Shown here: piece after piece, positions 48,025 to 62,008 of the stretch
Layout: each line of letters opens with the position of its first letter
Position numbering within the stretch: the stretch's first letter is position 1
DNA from: Pseudogymnoascus verrucosus
Taxonomy: Eukaryota
Strand: one strand, 5' to 3'
DNA: 64,000 nt
NCBI GenBank assembly: GCA_001662655.1
Contig: KV460223.1
Translations under genes and position numbers: made by a program
The notes under the pieces: model-generated
What the model was told of the DNA's origin: nothing
The model's database searches: none
What the model saw: only the letters and a program-made list of their open reading frames with translations

Positions 48025-50174
48025 TGTTCCGGCCCAACCGTGAACTATTCTGGTTCATGAACTGGCCGGCCCGTTCATGAACTGGCCGGCCCAACCATGA
48101 TTTTTCCGGTTTACGGTTGGGCCGGCCCAACCATGAACCACAAATAGTAGAAGTAATCAATTGATCTATAGCTACGTAGTATTACCTACTGTGTCTGCGC
48201 GTGCTCGTTTCCGACGAGGCCTCTCAACTAAAGCTATTTCTGTACGAGTAGCTAGACCTGATAAATAGCCACAGTCATGGTCATCGTTATGGCAGTGTAC
48301 ACTACACTCCTTTGCTTCCTTATAGCACCGGCACCGCTTTGTACTACACTGCCCTTTACATTGACATGATATTCCAACCCGTGCGCTTGTAGAAGCCTCT
48401 CTAGCTGCAAGCCCTAGTGTTACTTGCTTTGTAGAAGTAGGGATAATGATATCAGACCATAGAGCTTGGTCTACAACTCCAAGTGATTTTGTAGGTATAA
48501 GGCGTTGTATAACACCTGAAGGTGTAAGAATGCGATACCTATGAGGGTAAGGCTCTTCTAGAATGCGTGCAAATAGCCTCTTATTATCAGTTGAGGTTCT
48601 ATCCTCTCGAGGAACCTTTATAGAGACTATTGCTCCTATATCAAAGTGTTGAATATCATGCTTCTTTGAATACTTCCGGACCATAGAAATCCTTGCTCGT
48701 TGAGTAGCTACTATAGCTCTCTCAATTACAGGATCTGGTGTAAGCTGAAGCTCAGTTCTAAGCTGAGCTGGAACTCGAGCCCGGGTCCCACGCCGAAGCT
48801 CAATTCCAATTTCTGGCTCAGAGTGTGAGCTCTCAATTGCGAGCTCAATTCCGAGTTCTGGCTCAGAGTGGGAGCTCCCAATTCTGAGCTCAATTGAGAG
48901 CTCTGGCGCCTGGCGGAGCTGTGGGTCAATTAGAGCTTCGGGCTCAAGATCACTCTCAAATATCGGGCCCATGGTTGGGTCTTCCTGCTCAATTCCAATT
49001 GATAGATCCTTCCGGGCCTGACTGTTGAGCCAGTTGATGTGTGAGCTCCGCTCTCGGAATAGAAGCTCAGCTGGCGCACACCCAATTGTAGAGTGGATTT
49101 GGGTGTTCATAGCGAGCACTACTTCAAGTAGCCCATCCTTCCATTCTGTAGACCCATGGTCCATTTTCCATGCCCGTAGCTTATTCTCAACTACCCCATT
49201 TGCTTGCTCAATAAGGCCTTGCGTTTGAGGTGACCGTGGTGCTCCATTTACTACTTGAATTCCATACTTCCGTAGTAGAATGAGTAGAGCTCCCTTAAAT
49301 TCCTTCCCATTATCAGCTTGCATAATCTTAGGAGGTAAGAAAGCTGCAATGAATTGAGCAAAGCAGTCTGAAATTGGCTCTGCGTGCTTGCTTTTCAATG
49401 GGTAAAGCTGTGTATATTTTGAGAAATGATCCTTTATATGAAGAATCCATTTATACTGCCCTGACGGTTCGTGGCGCATATCAATTAGGTCAATTTGAAC
49501 CCTCTCCCACGCTCGTCCACTTATAATAGGAACTAATGGAGCTTTTGTAGTATTTGGTCTGTTTAAGGTGCAATTCTTACACCGTTTGAGTATAAACTCA
49601 ACATCCTCTCGCTTTATTCCATAGAACTGTTGCTCTATAGTAGGCCACACCTTATTCCGGCCTGCATGTAGGAGCTTAAGGTGTTCTTGCGCAATGATAT
49701 CAAACACCTCTGCTTTTTGAACAATATATCGAGGCTGTAGATGTCGTATATCGCTCTGCTTATAGAGCTTATTATTAATAAGCTCAAAGGCAGACTGCGC
49801 ACGGTTTTTGAGGTTTGTAGTCTCCCTATTATATGGGATATAGGCTGTAGGATTCTCAAGAATAGTACGTATTTGGCTCCATTTTGCGTGTGATAATTGC
49901 TCACGATTGTAGTAAGTAGAGGTGCTTATATAGGCTTCAAAAGCAGTGCGCACATCGTTTGGAAACGGGTTAATCGAAGCAATAGTAGCCATAATTATCG
50001 TGATTACAGACAGGAAGTAGGAAGTAGGAAGTAGGATTTCTATAATACTATTCTACACCGCCACTTTATGGTTGGGCTGAGTTCATGGTTGGGCCGGCCC
50101 AACCGTAAACCGGAAAAATCATGGTTGGGCCGGCCAGTTCATGAACCAGAATAGTTCACGGTTGGGCCGGAACA
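48025..50174 (-). mobile_element. Intact Ginger-like (Ginger2/TDD-type) integrase DNA transposon, 2150 bp
   Basis: TIRs TGTTCCGGCCCAACC.. (left 48025-48138; right 50081-50174) are identical apart from a 20-bp duplication. TATA flanks both ends (48021-48024 and 50175-50178). Single integrase ORF; no LTR, gag or RT. Confidence 0.85.
48172..49992 (-). CDS. Retroviral-type (rve) integrase/transposase, 606 aa
   Basis: H2C2 zinc motif (HLKLLH..CKNC), DDE core (QIDLID..QADNGKEF..GLIEQAN) and C-terminal Cys cluster CQCKGQCSTKRCRCYKEAKECSVHCH as in KRBA2/SCAND3-like proteins. Confidence 0.9.
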   Translation of the reverse strand: MATIASINPFPNDVRTAFEAYISTSTYYNREQLSHAKWSQIRTILENPTAYIPYNRETTNLKNRAQSAFELINNKLYKQSDIRHLQPRYIVQKAEVFDIIAQEHLKLLHAGRNKVWPTIEQQFYGIKREDVEFILKRCKNCTLNRPNTTKAPLVPIISGRAWERVQIDLIDMRHEPSGQYKWILHIKDHFSKYTQLYPLKSKHAEPISDCFAQFIAAFLPPKIMQADNGKEFKGALLILLRKYGIQVVNGAPRSPQTQGLIEQANGVVENKLRAWKMDHGSTEWKDGLLEVVLAMNTQIHSTIGCAPAELLFRERSSHINWLNSQARKDLSIGIEQEDPTMGPIFESDLEPEALIDPQLRQAPELSIELRIGSSHSEPELGIELAIESSHSEPEIGIELRRGTRARVPAQLRTELQLTPDPVIERAIVATQRARISMVRKYSKKHDIQHFDIGAIVSIKVPREDRTSTDNKRLFARILEEPYPHRYRILTPSGVIQRLIPTKSLGVVDQALWSDIIIPTSTKQVTLGLAAREASTSARVGISCQCKGQCSTKRCRCYKEAKECSVHCHNDDHDCGYLSGLATRTEIALVERPRRKRARADTVGNTT

Positions 50175-50549
50175 TATATAATCATATTTCTAATTATACC
50201 TATGTGACTTCGTTCGAATCATTGTCCTGAAAATCTATTGCTTGCAGAAGAGAATGATTATGCATTACAACCATATGGTCATTACCTCACCGCCATGGTA
50301 AATCATTAGCTTCTCGAAACGTTCTATTAAATCTCTCTCTTGCAAGGGAAAGGCAAACTCCTCCCTTCCCCGCTATTGCCCCTGCTACTAAATTACTCTA
50401 GGCCCAGAATAACAGGCAACACAATCCTTCTCTTCTTGATACTCTATAATAGAAAGAAACGAAAAGATTTTTTCAGGGCCTTCTTGAGTGTAGCTTTTGG
50501 AGTTACGACTTTTACCACGTAACTAATTTTTCGCCGCCTTCCAGTCACT

Positions 50550-50680
50550 ATGGCTGCAACGTTCACTCATCCCATGTTTGGGAAGGTAGGGCCTAAATTG
50601 GTTGACGGTGTTGAGCAATTTTTGGGACTCAAGTATGCGTCTATTAAAAACCGTCTTTCTCCTCTCAAGCTATACAAGAA
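50550..50680 (+). pseudogene. N-terminal fragment of a type-B carboxylesterase-like gene
   Basis: HPMFGKV..VDGVEQFLGLKYAS..NRLSP resembles carboxylesterase N-termini. The downstream frame shows no esterase motifs. Confidence 0.45.
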
Positions 50681-51522
50681 GGATATTGAAGAAGCAGTTC
50701 TAGAGTTGAGCCTGGCTTTTGTCCCCGTTCTTTTAGAATACTTCGCGCGTAACCTCTTGTGGCGTATTTGCCTTCGAATTCTTCAAAGAGCACCTTTATC
50801 CGAACCAACAGATCCAGCACAGTTGATCTGTGAAGTCCAAAGACGTTGGAGCCCAACAACTTTGAACTATTCTGTAGCTCATAATCCAACAGCCCGGACG
50901 CCTCACTCCAAGCCAACAATCTCTCCTGAGAGCCGTAGTCTTAGAACCAAATATTGCTGATATTTAGGGATATCTCTAGCAGTAATAATAAATTGTATTG
51001 CCATACATTCTTAGTTATGGATATTGATAAGAAATTGACAGCTGCCTACTTATGATGCATCCTGAGAATACTTGACCCGCGAGACCAGCAACGCCTGGAA
51101 CGATTCCAATCGCAGAAACCGGATCCATAACTAAGTATGGCGATATATATGTGAGTAGAAGTTAACAGTTGTTCTTCCCGAAGCTCTTTCAGTTGCACGG
51201 ATAGCGTATACACTTTAATATGCCATATTTACGACTTGCGATTATACAATGCCGCCTTTTTAAGGTCGCAATAAGCTCAGTCAATACCTGCACCAAATCA
51301 GAGATTGTTTCTCATGGGGAATTTGGGGGTTTGTTTCGCCTTTATGTCGTGGGGAAGGAGGTGTCTTGTCACTCACACGGCGTACTTGTTCGTGATCGAT
51401 AGTTAATCGGGGAAGTTAACAAGTGATGATATTCTCACATTAGCCAGTATTGTCCCAAATGTGTGAACAATTAGAGAAACTCTATTTACAGCTGTCAAGC
51501 TCTACACTTTACTTTTCCCTAT

Positions 51523-53724
51523 TCAACGTCCTGGCGGCGGTGGCCTGGGCCCCACAATTTGCCTCCTCCCGGCCCCAATCCCCTGATTCCCCCTATTCTG
51601 TCCATCTCCACCTGTATACCCAGTCCACTGATTCACATCCCATCGGCCTCCAATCCCTCCGCCAATTCCATCTACTCCATCCGTCTGTCCTCCCATCTTC
51701 GCCGCCTGCGCAGTTGCCTTCTGGCCCTCCTCCCATTCCTTCTGTCGCTCTCTCTCCATCTCCATCTCCCTCTCTAGGAGCGACTTGGAGGCCCAGCCAC
51801 CTGCTTTGGTCTTCGTCTGGGATGCTGCTCGCCGGCGGTCTTCGGCATCTCGCTCTGCAGTGGAATCAAAGGCACCTAGCTCGGATGCGTAGGTTGTTTG
51901 TGGCTGCGCGGTTTGTGGGGCGGGGTTGGAAGAAAGGTATCGGTCTGTGCGGCTCTGAGGTGCCGCTGCTGTTGAAGGTGGGGATTGATAGACTGAAGGG
52001 TCAGGCAGCGGGCGGGAAGATGGGCCAGTGTTGTTTTTCAAAACTCGAATGGGTGCTACTGGCTCAGGTAGCGGACGTGGTGGCTTTGAAGGGGCAGCCT
52101 CCTCGGTATGTTGGAACCCCCGTGGAGGCTGCGGCGGTGGTGCCTCGCCAGCAAATTGGTTGCTGCGCGTGGGTTTCGGCGGAGGAGTATCGGCGTGGTT
52201 TTGCTTTGACCATTCTTTGCGGAGATAATCACGCTCATCAGCGACCCATGAATCTTCACTATTCTTATGAGACAGGGCTCGTGGTCGGGTTTGAGATCGG
52301 TTACGCGTCCTTGACGGCTCTCTCTGATTCAGGCGAGACGAAAGGTCGTGGGCTTCGGTAGCGTCGCGATCGCGCGATTTAACTCTCTCCTGGCGCTCAC
52401 GTTCATACTGTCGCTCACGATCTCGTGCAAGTTCAAGCTCACGCTCAAGTTCTTGAACTCTACCAGACGGCCCTGGGCTTTTGCTCCGATCTCTACGAGC
52501 GAGGCCACGTTCTGCTTGATATTGACTTAGAAACTGTCCTTGCAAGCGGGCGTCGGAAGTCGCCCGTGATCGTCGCGTTTCTTTCTCTAGGCGCTCTTCA
52601 GCCTCTCGTTCTTCTTGCTGACGTCTCTCCTCCTCCTGCTTCCAGCGCCTCTCGTCCTCCTCCCATCTCTTCTTCTCTTCAGCTGCCTTTTCCTTCAGCT
52701 TCCTCTCTTCCGCCGCCCATCGCTCTTCTTCTTCAATCCTGGCACGCTCCTCCTCAGCTTCGCGCTCAATTCGCCTATGGTGCTCCGCCTCCTCCGCCTG
52801 CACCCTCAGCCGCTCCTCTTCGGCCTCCTGCTCTTTCCTTTTCCTCTCTTTCTCTGCCATATTCGGTACGTGTGGCCCAGCACTTGTAATTTGCCTCCGA
52901 CCTCCAAATGCAATGCCCATATTTCCCTGGCTCGCGCCGCCCATATATCCATATTGTGCAATATTCCAAGCCGGCGCCGTAACACCTTCATCTGTCTTCT
53001 TGCTCCAGCTGCTAGTACCGCCACCTGGTGAAGTGGGTAACTTATCAGTCTTTGTTGGACTCCACCGCCCGGTGTTTGCCTCGCCTGTTCGTGTTGGTGT
53101 CATAGCGCCACTACGCCCGGTTTGGTTGTAAGCTGAAGACGTATTGCTTGTGGTACTAGCGCCTCGCGCCCTATTCCCAAAGCTCCCTCCTCCAACTGTT
53201 GGGGTTCCGGTGCCTTGAGGGCTCATGACTCCCGCTCTCGACTTCGGCCCAATAGCAGTGGGGAACCTCGATGGCTGCACCTGGTTCGCAACCCTGCTGA
53301 ATGCGCCAATGCATTGTAGCACCTGCGTGGGATCTTTCTGCTCGTATAAATCGACAGTAAGGAAGACGTCATGTGGTTGCAGATTTAAAGGCGGCAATTG
53401 GCAGGCTCGGAGGAAGAGCGAGATGTTCTCCATCTGGACGAATGGCATGGCCGAGGCCTTGAATTTCACGCCGGGAGACGGAACAGCGAGGTTGACGAGC
53501 CTGTTACCATTGGTTAACGATTATGGAGAAGTATTAAGAAGAGTTAGAGATGCATACTTGCATAGCGCGACGCCATCTTTGAGTGCATCGAGCAAGTCAC
53601 CTCCGGCGAGTCGCTCACCAAGGATGCCTTCTATCCAGCCCCGCACTTCATTCGCTGCCTGTGGAGTATATTTGTCCAAGCGCATTTTGCGCAAGTCCTT
53701 ATCTAGCGACGACACCGACGCCAT
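51523..53724 (-). CDS. Calponin-homology (transgelin/Scp1-like) protein with coiled-coil and Pro-rich tail, 2 exons
   Basis: CH domain (VRGWIEGIL..LKDGVALCK/LVN..FVQMENIS.FL..TVDLYE..QVLQCI), a calponin-like repeat (AQYGYMGGASQ) and an E/R-rich coil. Confidence 0.85.
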
Positions 53725-54119
53725 GGCTTCTTAGAAGGTTGACAATATGTGCTTTGATATGTGTTGTGTTGTTCGCTTTCAAATCAATCCGAATCCGCCG
53801 TGTTGTGTCTGACTTGCGCTTCTATGCGCTTACGATGGTTCTCGAGTAGCAGATCGAGGGCCGCTACTAGTTTCCGAAATGACAGTCGTGCCTGTGAAGT
53901 ATCGCAGGTGAACAATATTGACAAAGAAAGTACAGCTCCTGGCGCATCTCTTATTTATATTAGCCGTCAACGAGAACAAGGCCGGCAACAAACAGCGTGC
54001 GTGGAATGTGACGTCTGTCGGCCTGCGCCACACAGCCCGCCCGCTGTGGCTGAACACCCTGATATCTCGCCCTCCAAAATAAAATCCCCAGCAACGAAGT
54101 CCCGATCAACAAACCAACC

Positions 54120-54935
54120 ATGTCCGCCCCAACAAGCTCCTTCCGTAAAGCCTGGTTAAAATGGAAATCGATGCGCCTCCCCTGGCGCAAGCGTTTTCTC
54201 GTCGGTTAGTCCCCCTACACCCTCTTCTCCAGCTCCAACCCAAAGCTAACTATCCGCCCAGGCCTTGACCTCCAGGGAAACACATACTGGGAGTTCCGCG
54301 ACACGCTCTCCCCAGGTCGCATGCGCCGAATCGTCGACTACCCACCCCACGTACAGTACTCGGATGTCTCGTCACATATCACGCCCGCGTGGCACCAGTG
54401 GTTGCGGCATACGCGCCAAGCAGCTCCAACGATCGCGGAGCAGGAGCTAGACGTTCTTAGGCGGAAGAGGGTTAAAGTTCTGGCTGCGCAGGCAGATGAG
54501 AGATGGGAGGCTAAGGGTAGGCTGGTGGGTGGGCCAAACATGAGGCAGATGGGACCGGGCCCAAGAATGGGCAATGCGACTGCTGCGGGTCAGGCCGAGA
54601 CGAGGACGGGGACGGCTGGGGTGGGTGTGGATGCGGGAGGGCCTACGATGGGGGGCGACGCTGCTGCGGAAGGGAAACAAGGAAAGACGACTACGAGTCC
54701 AGTTGCAAGTGGACAAGAGATTCTTGACCGAGAATCTGAGCGGATGAAGGTTAGTGGAGGGCCGCCTCCGAAGGTGTATACAAACCCGCGAGTGTCGGAC
54801 CCGGAGAAAGCGGCGAGAAGGGAGCCAGCAACCCCCTCACCACCAAAAGGAGATCCATGGAAGAATGCACGTGGCGGCCCGAGCGAGGATTGGCAGCCAC
54901 AGGCTTGGAGCCCTGGGCAGGCAACGCGGAGGTGA
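54120..54935 (+). CDS. NDUFA12-family complex I assembly factor (NDUFAF2-like), 2 exons
   Basis: LPWRKRFLVG/LDLQGNTYWEF..RRIVDY..WHQWLRHTR..PT..E..D..R motif and C-terminal WQPQAWSP. Confidence 0.8.
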
Positions 54936-55241
54936 CAAGACGACTAATATATACCCTTGTACACTACTCATGTATTCATAATAAATCAAATCTTTAGTTT
55001 TGACTATAGGTAATCATGCAATCATAAAGCAATCAAACAATAGTTGAATGTGGTGATCGTCTTCTACGATCGCCAGGGTATTGTAACCTGCAATCCGACG
55101 CCAACCATGATAATCACGCATATTCGCCACCATAGAACCGCACCATCGCCGAACGCCAAACCCAGCTCCTGTACCATACATATGCATGCACCCTTTCAAT
55201 ACGCCTTCGCAAGAGTAATGATTAGTGTAGACGCCAGGTCC

Positions 55242-57740
<2,499 letters not shown>

Positions 57741-58216
57741 CGCTGCAGTTTGTCACACGCTGTGATCTACAAGAACGGAATTCGTGGTATGTTCGTGTTG
57801 GGGCCTCGGTGAGGGCTCAAAGGTGAGGTTGACAGTTACTACAGTGGTGATAGCACCCCACCAACGATTCACTAGCGCCTCCGAGCGAAGCGAGGTTGTA
57901 CAAGGGTATGGTAAACACAGACGTCATCCAACGCGAAATGTTACGGCTTACTCGGGATTTTATAATGGGGGTCTATATCAATATTGATAATTGCACAATA
58001 AGAGTTTCTTCGGGCTATTCTATCGTTGAGTTGACATCTTAATTTTTTTAGGCAGCTCGGCATTGTTCCACCGAATGGACTCCGAGACCGGCGCGTCCCC
58101 TGTCACTACGCACCACGCGCTTCAGACATGCGGATTGCATATCACATTACTCCGTATAGTATCCGGATTATACAGTATTGTACAAGAAATTGCTCCTCGC
58201 CGACTGTTACTCAGCG

Positions 58217-59004
58217 TCATCCCCGAAGCTTCTCTTCCTCCTTCCTCAGTCTCTGTACAACCTTCTCTCTGAGAAAGTCGCTCAGTCCCAATCTACAAAT
58301 GTTAGCAAGCCCCCCCAGGACAAAAAGGATCAAACTCACATTCCCTCCCTCGTCACAATGCGATATGTCCCGCTCGGTTGGTAATTCCCCCCATCCAGCA
58401 TATGCCCCTGCCCATCGACCTCCAGACTGCCAAAGATGTCCTCAGGCCACGCAATGCGTCCGTAATCAGGCGGATTCCTTGAGTCACTTAGGTGCACCCA
58501 TCCTCCCCTTCCCCCACCACCAGCGCCGCCTTGTCCGCTTGCGCCCCCCGCTCCATCCCCTCTAGCTCCATGTGTTGCATCACCTCTTCTGTGTCTAGAT
58601 TGGCCGCGGAATATAGTGCCTCCGCTGTTGAATTGAGAGGTGGCATTTACGGCGAAGGCTTGGGCCTGAGAGAGCACGCCTTCATCTTCGTGCGCATGCT
58701 CTTTCAGTACCTCTTGCAGAATGGTCTGGAAGCGTGGGTTTTCGGTGAACGAGTCGGGCGTTGGAGGGATAGCAGCAGTTGTACCAATCGCTAACCCAGG
58801 AGTCGGGGGATCCGACGGGAGAAGCGTGAGGTAGTGGGATGCGGAGTTCTTGGGGAAGGTATACTGGTATAGTTTAGTTTGGGTGTTTTATCCACGGGCG
58901 GGAAAACATACTATGTGGGAGTTATTGGGCAATGTTCCAATCATTCGCCTGAATGGCTTCGATACACAGCTTCGAGCTGCTACTTTTAATGGTGAAGCGA
59001 ACAT
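58217..59004 (-). CDS. Conserved fungal hypothetical protein, probable mitochondrial presequence, 3 exons
   Basis: MFASPLKVAARS.. basic N-terminus; GGWVHLSDSRNPPDYGRIAWPEDIFGS..YQPSGTYRIVTREG/LGLS across GT-AG introns. Confidence 0.65.
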
Positions 59005-59510
59005 CTTGTTTGATTTGTGCTGTGAGGCTCTTGAGCTTGCTGTCACCGTATCTTCAGCGCTATCAGTGCAAACGGAGCAAACACCAATTAAGCTTTGACA
59101 GGGGTATTCCACGTGATTTGCTCCCACCTTCTTAGCTATTCTACGTCCTTACATTGCAGCCATTTCCTGAGCTTCATACTGTAAGTTAATTATATAGATA
59201 ATATCAGGATTCGCATATGCCGCACTTACAACAATTGCACCTGTCAAGTCATCAAACGTTGAAAAGGGGAAGCTAGCTACCCCTGTCCCGCTCTTGGCAC
59301 CGCGTCCCCAACTTCGCGTTTCCAGACCCTGGGGAAGAAGGCCAACGGACCCCGAACAACTCAAAAAATTCAAACAAACACCCAACTCTCATTCCTCACG
59401 ACTACCCTCGGCGCCTCACACGTACATGCAGTCCTAGCTGACTTTGAACACACTCGCTGCGCCTCCCACCTCCCACCTCTCATCTCGGGCCAGGTTGCCA
59501 TCCACACAAG

Positions 59511-60829
59511 ATGGGGGACACCACCCTTCACAACGCGCCGATCGTGCTTGACAACGGTTCAGGCACCATCCGCGCGGGTTTCGCTGGCGAGGATCTCCCC
59601 AAATGTTTCTTCCCGTCTTTTGTCGGGAGGCCGAAGCACCTGCGCGTGCTGGCGGGCGCACTGGAGGGGGACGTGTTCATAGGGACGCGGGCACAGGAGC
59701 TGCGTGGGCTGCTGAAGATCCGGTATCCGCTGGAGCATGGCATCGTGACGGACTGGGATGACATGGTGAAGATCTGGGAATGGGTTTATGGGGACGGGCT
59801 AAAAACACTAAGTGAAGATGTGGGTGACTTGTGTTGGGGAAATGAGTGCATGGCGCTGACGAATAATTCTAGCATCCAGTGCTCCTGACAGAGCCACCGC
59901 TCAACCCTAGGAGTAACCGCGACACAGCCGCCCAGATCCTTTTCGAGACCTTCAATGTCCCCGCGCTACACACTTCGATCCAGGCGGTGCTCTCGTTGTA
60001 CGCGTCTGGGCGCACGACGGGCATCGTGCTCGACTCCGGCGATGGGGTCTCCCACGCCGTACCTGTATACGAGGGGTTCGCCATGCCAAGCGCGATTCGA
60101 CGTATCGATGTCGCGGGGCGCGATGTCACGGAACATATGCAGATGTTGCTAAGGAAGGGGGGGCATGTGTTCCACACCAGTGCCGAGAAGGAGGTTGTGC
60201 GGTTGATCAAGGAGAAGTTGAGCTATGTGTCGCTGGACCCCAAGGATGAGGAGAGGGGATGGGGTGTGAGGAAGACTACGGATAATATGATGGTCGACTA
60301 CGTACTGCCGGATGGGAATAAGTTAAAGGTGCGCCTCAGTGACCCATTGTCCTAACTATTCGTTGGCATGCCCTGCTAACACAAACAAACACAGGTCGGA
60401 GCCGAGCGTTTCCGCGCCCCCGAAATCCTCTTCAACCCCGAGATCATTGGGCTCGAGTACCCTGGTGTGCACCAGATCGTCGTCGACTCCATAAACCGCA
60501 CCGATCTCGACCTGCGCAAGTCGCTGTTCGGAAACATTGTGCTTTCGGGTGGCACTACGATGACCAAGGGCTTCGGTGACCGCCTACTTTTCGAGGTGCA
60601 GCGCCTCGCCGTCAAGGATATGCGGATCAAGATCTTCGCGCCGCCGGAGCGGAAGTACTCTACGTGGATTGGGGGCAGTATTTTGGCGGGGCTGAGCACG
60701 TTTAGGAAGGTATGTTGTTCTTGTTCTAGGTTGGGAATTGAGCGAAAGGTGGCTAACATGTGATAGATGTGGGTGAGCATTAACGACTGGCATGAGAATC
60801 CGGACATTATCCACACCAAGTTTGCGTAG
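59511..60829 (+). CDS. ARP1: Actin-related protein 1 (centractin, dynactin subunit), 4 exons
   Basis: Actin fold with ARP1-type segments ([60 protein letters not shown]). Confidence 0.92.
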
Positions 60830-62008
60830 ATGAATGGATGGGCAGCCGATCGTCCAGCCAGTATCTAGGTGTATGGGAAAAAGAAGAGTGGCGCGCAAGC
60901 GGCTAAACGCGTATAATTTGTCTTTTGCGATGTCCCGACGTGTTAACCAACCTACTAGCATGCGTGGCTACTTGTGCGGCAGCTACTCGACTACCGGGAC
61001 GAAGGAAGAGGGGTAGGGATTGGGTTTATGTGTAGTATATTAAACGGCATGTAAGGGCGTAAGTTAGAGCGGGCCTGTCGCCACCTTTGGCGGAGAGAAA
61101 TGGAGAGAAAGGCAAGATGTAGTAGTGAGGAATGTACATGATACCCAGTTAACCAAGAGAAACTTACTCGAACGATCTCTGTTTCTCGCAAGCCGTGAGC
61201 TTCAGACTTCAGGGTGACACAAGTACAGGCGTCCCAATAATATAGAACCTGTCCCAAAGACCTTCTCACACAGCTGCCGACGCATGTCTTTTTACTCTAC
61301 AGCCCAAACTTCAGTGTCTTTCAGCTCGCACTTCGCACAACTCATTCCGTACGAAGTTACCTAATCACAGACCCCAGCAACAAACGAAAAATACACACAA
61401 CCCACCCCTCACGAAGCGCAAACCAAACCACGCTACCATCGGCCTAACCCGTCCCCGAAGCCCCGTCATGTTTAAGCTTGTCTCCACTAGCGGTCCCCGC
61501 ATTCTTGGATAAACATGCACGCCCCACACTCCTCTCCCTCCAAATGCAAGGATATAGACACACGAGGCAAGAGAAAGGCCGAGGGGGGTGGTAGATTGGT
61601 GGTCGATATGAGAACTTATCCAATGGGTGTCCCACAACAGACTACTGGCAGATCTGCTTACTCCCTCTCGGGACGACTAAGGATCCGACTATGCTCCAAC
61701 AAGGAGCGTCTAAAGCGTGAGATCGACGACACATATAGATCAGAGCTGGATCCAGCCATGCACTCCCCCCCATCCAAGCTACGAACCTGGCATGCGGGAC
61801 AGGGGACGGGAAGAGGTTCACGCGCTACTTTAGCAGAGACACATTGATAGCAGCTTGGGATTGCTTCATTCGTTAGCTACGTCTCGCCCCCAAAAGCCAC
61901 AGCCGCCAACGAACCCCGCGCTCGCTCCTTACTTCCTCCTCTCCTCCGACACACAGCTCCCTTTCTCCGATTTGGCAGCGAGAGGCCGCCCACAGGAGGG
62001 ATGTGGAG

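Noticed and set aside
48172..49992. LTR retrotransposon fragment
   Set aside because: No gag, protease, RT, RNase H or direct LTRs; the ORF is bounded by inverted repeats.
15780..50960. Starship giant element carrying the cluster
   Set aside because: No tyrosine-recombinase captain gene or recognisable boundary repeats were seen in the window.
51450..52361. 303-aa plus-strand ORF and similar antisense ORFs (7189, 27451, 33423, 45638)
   Set aside because: Shadows of well-supported genes on the opposite strand.
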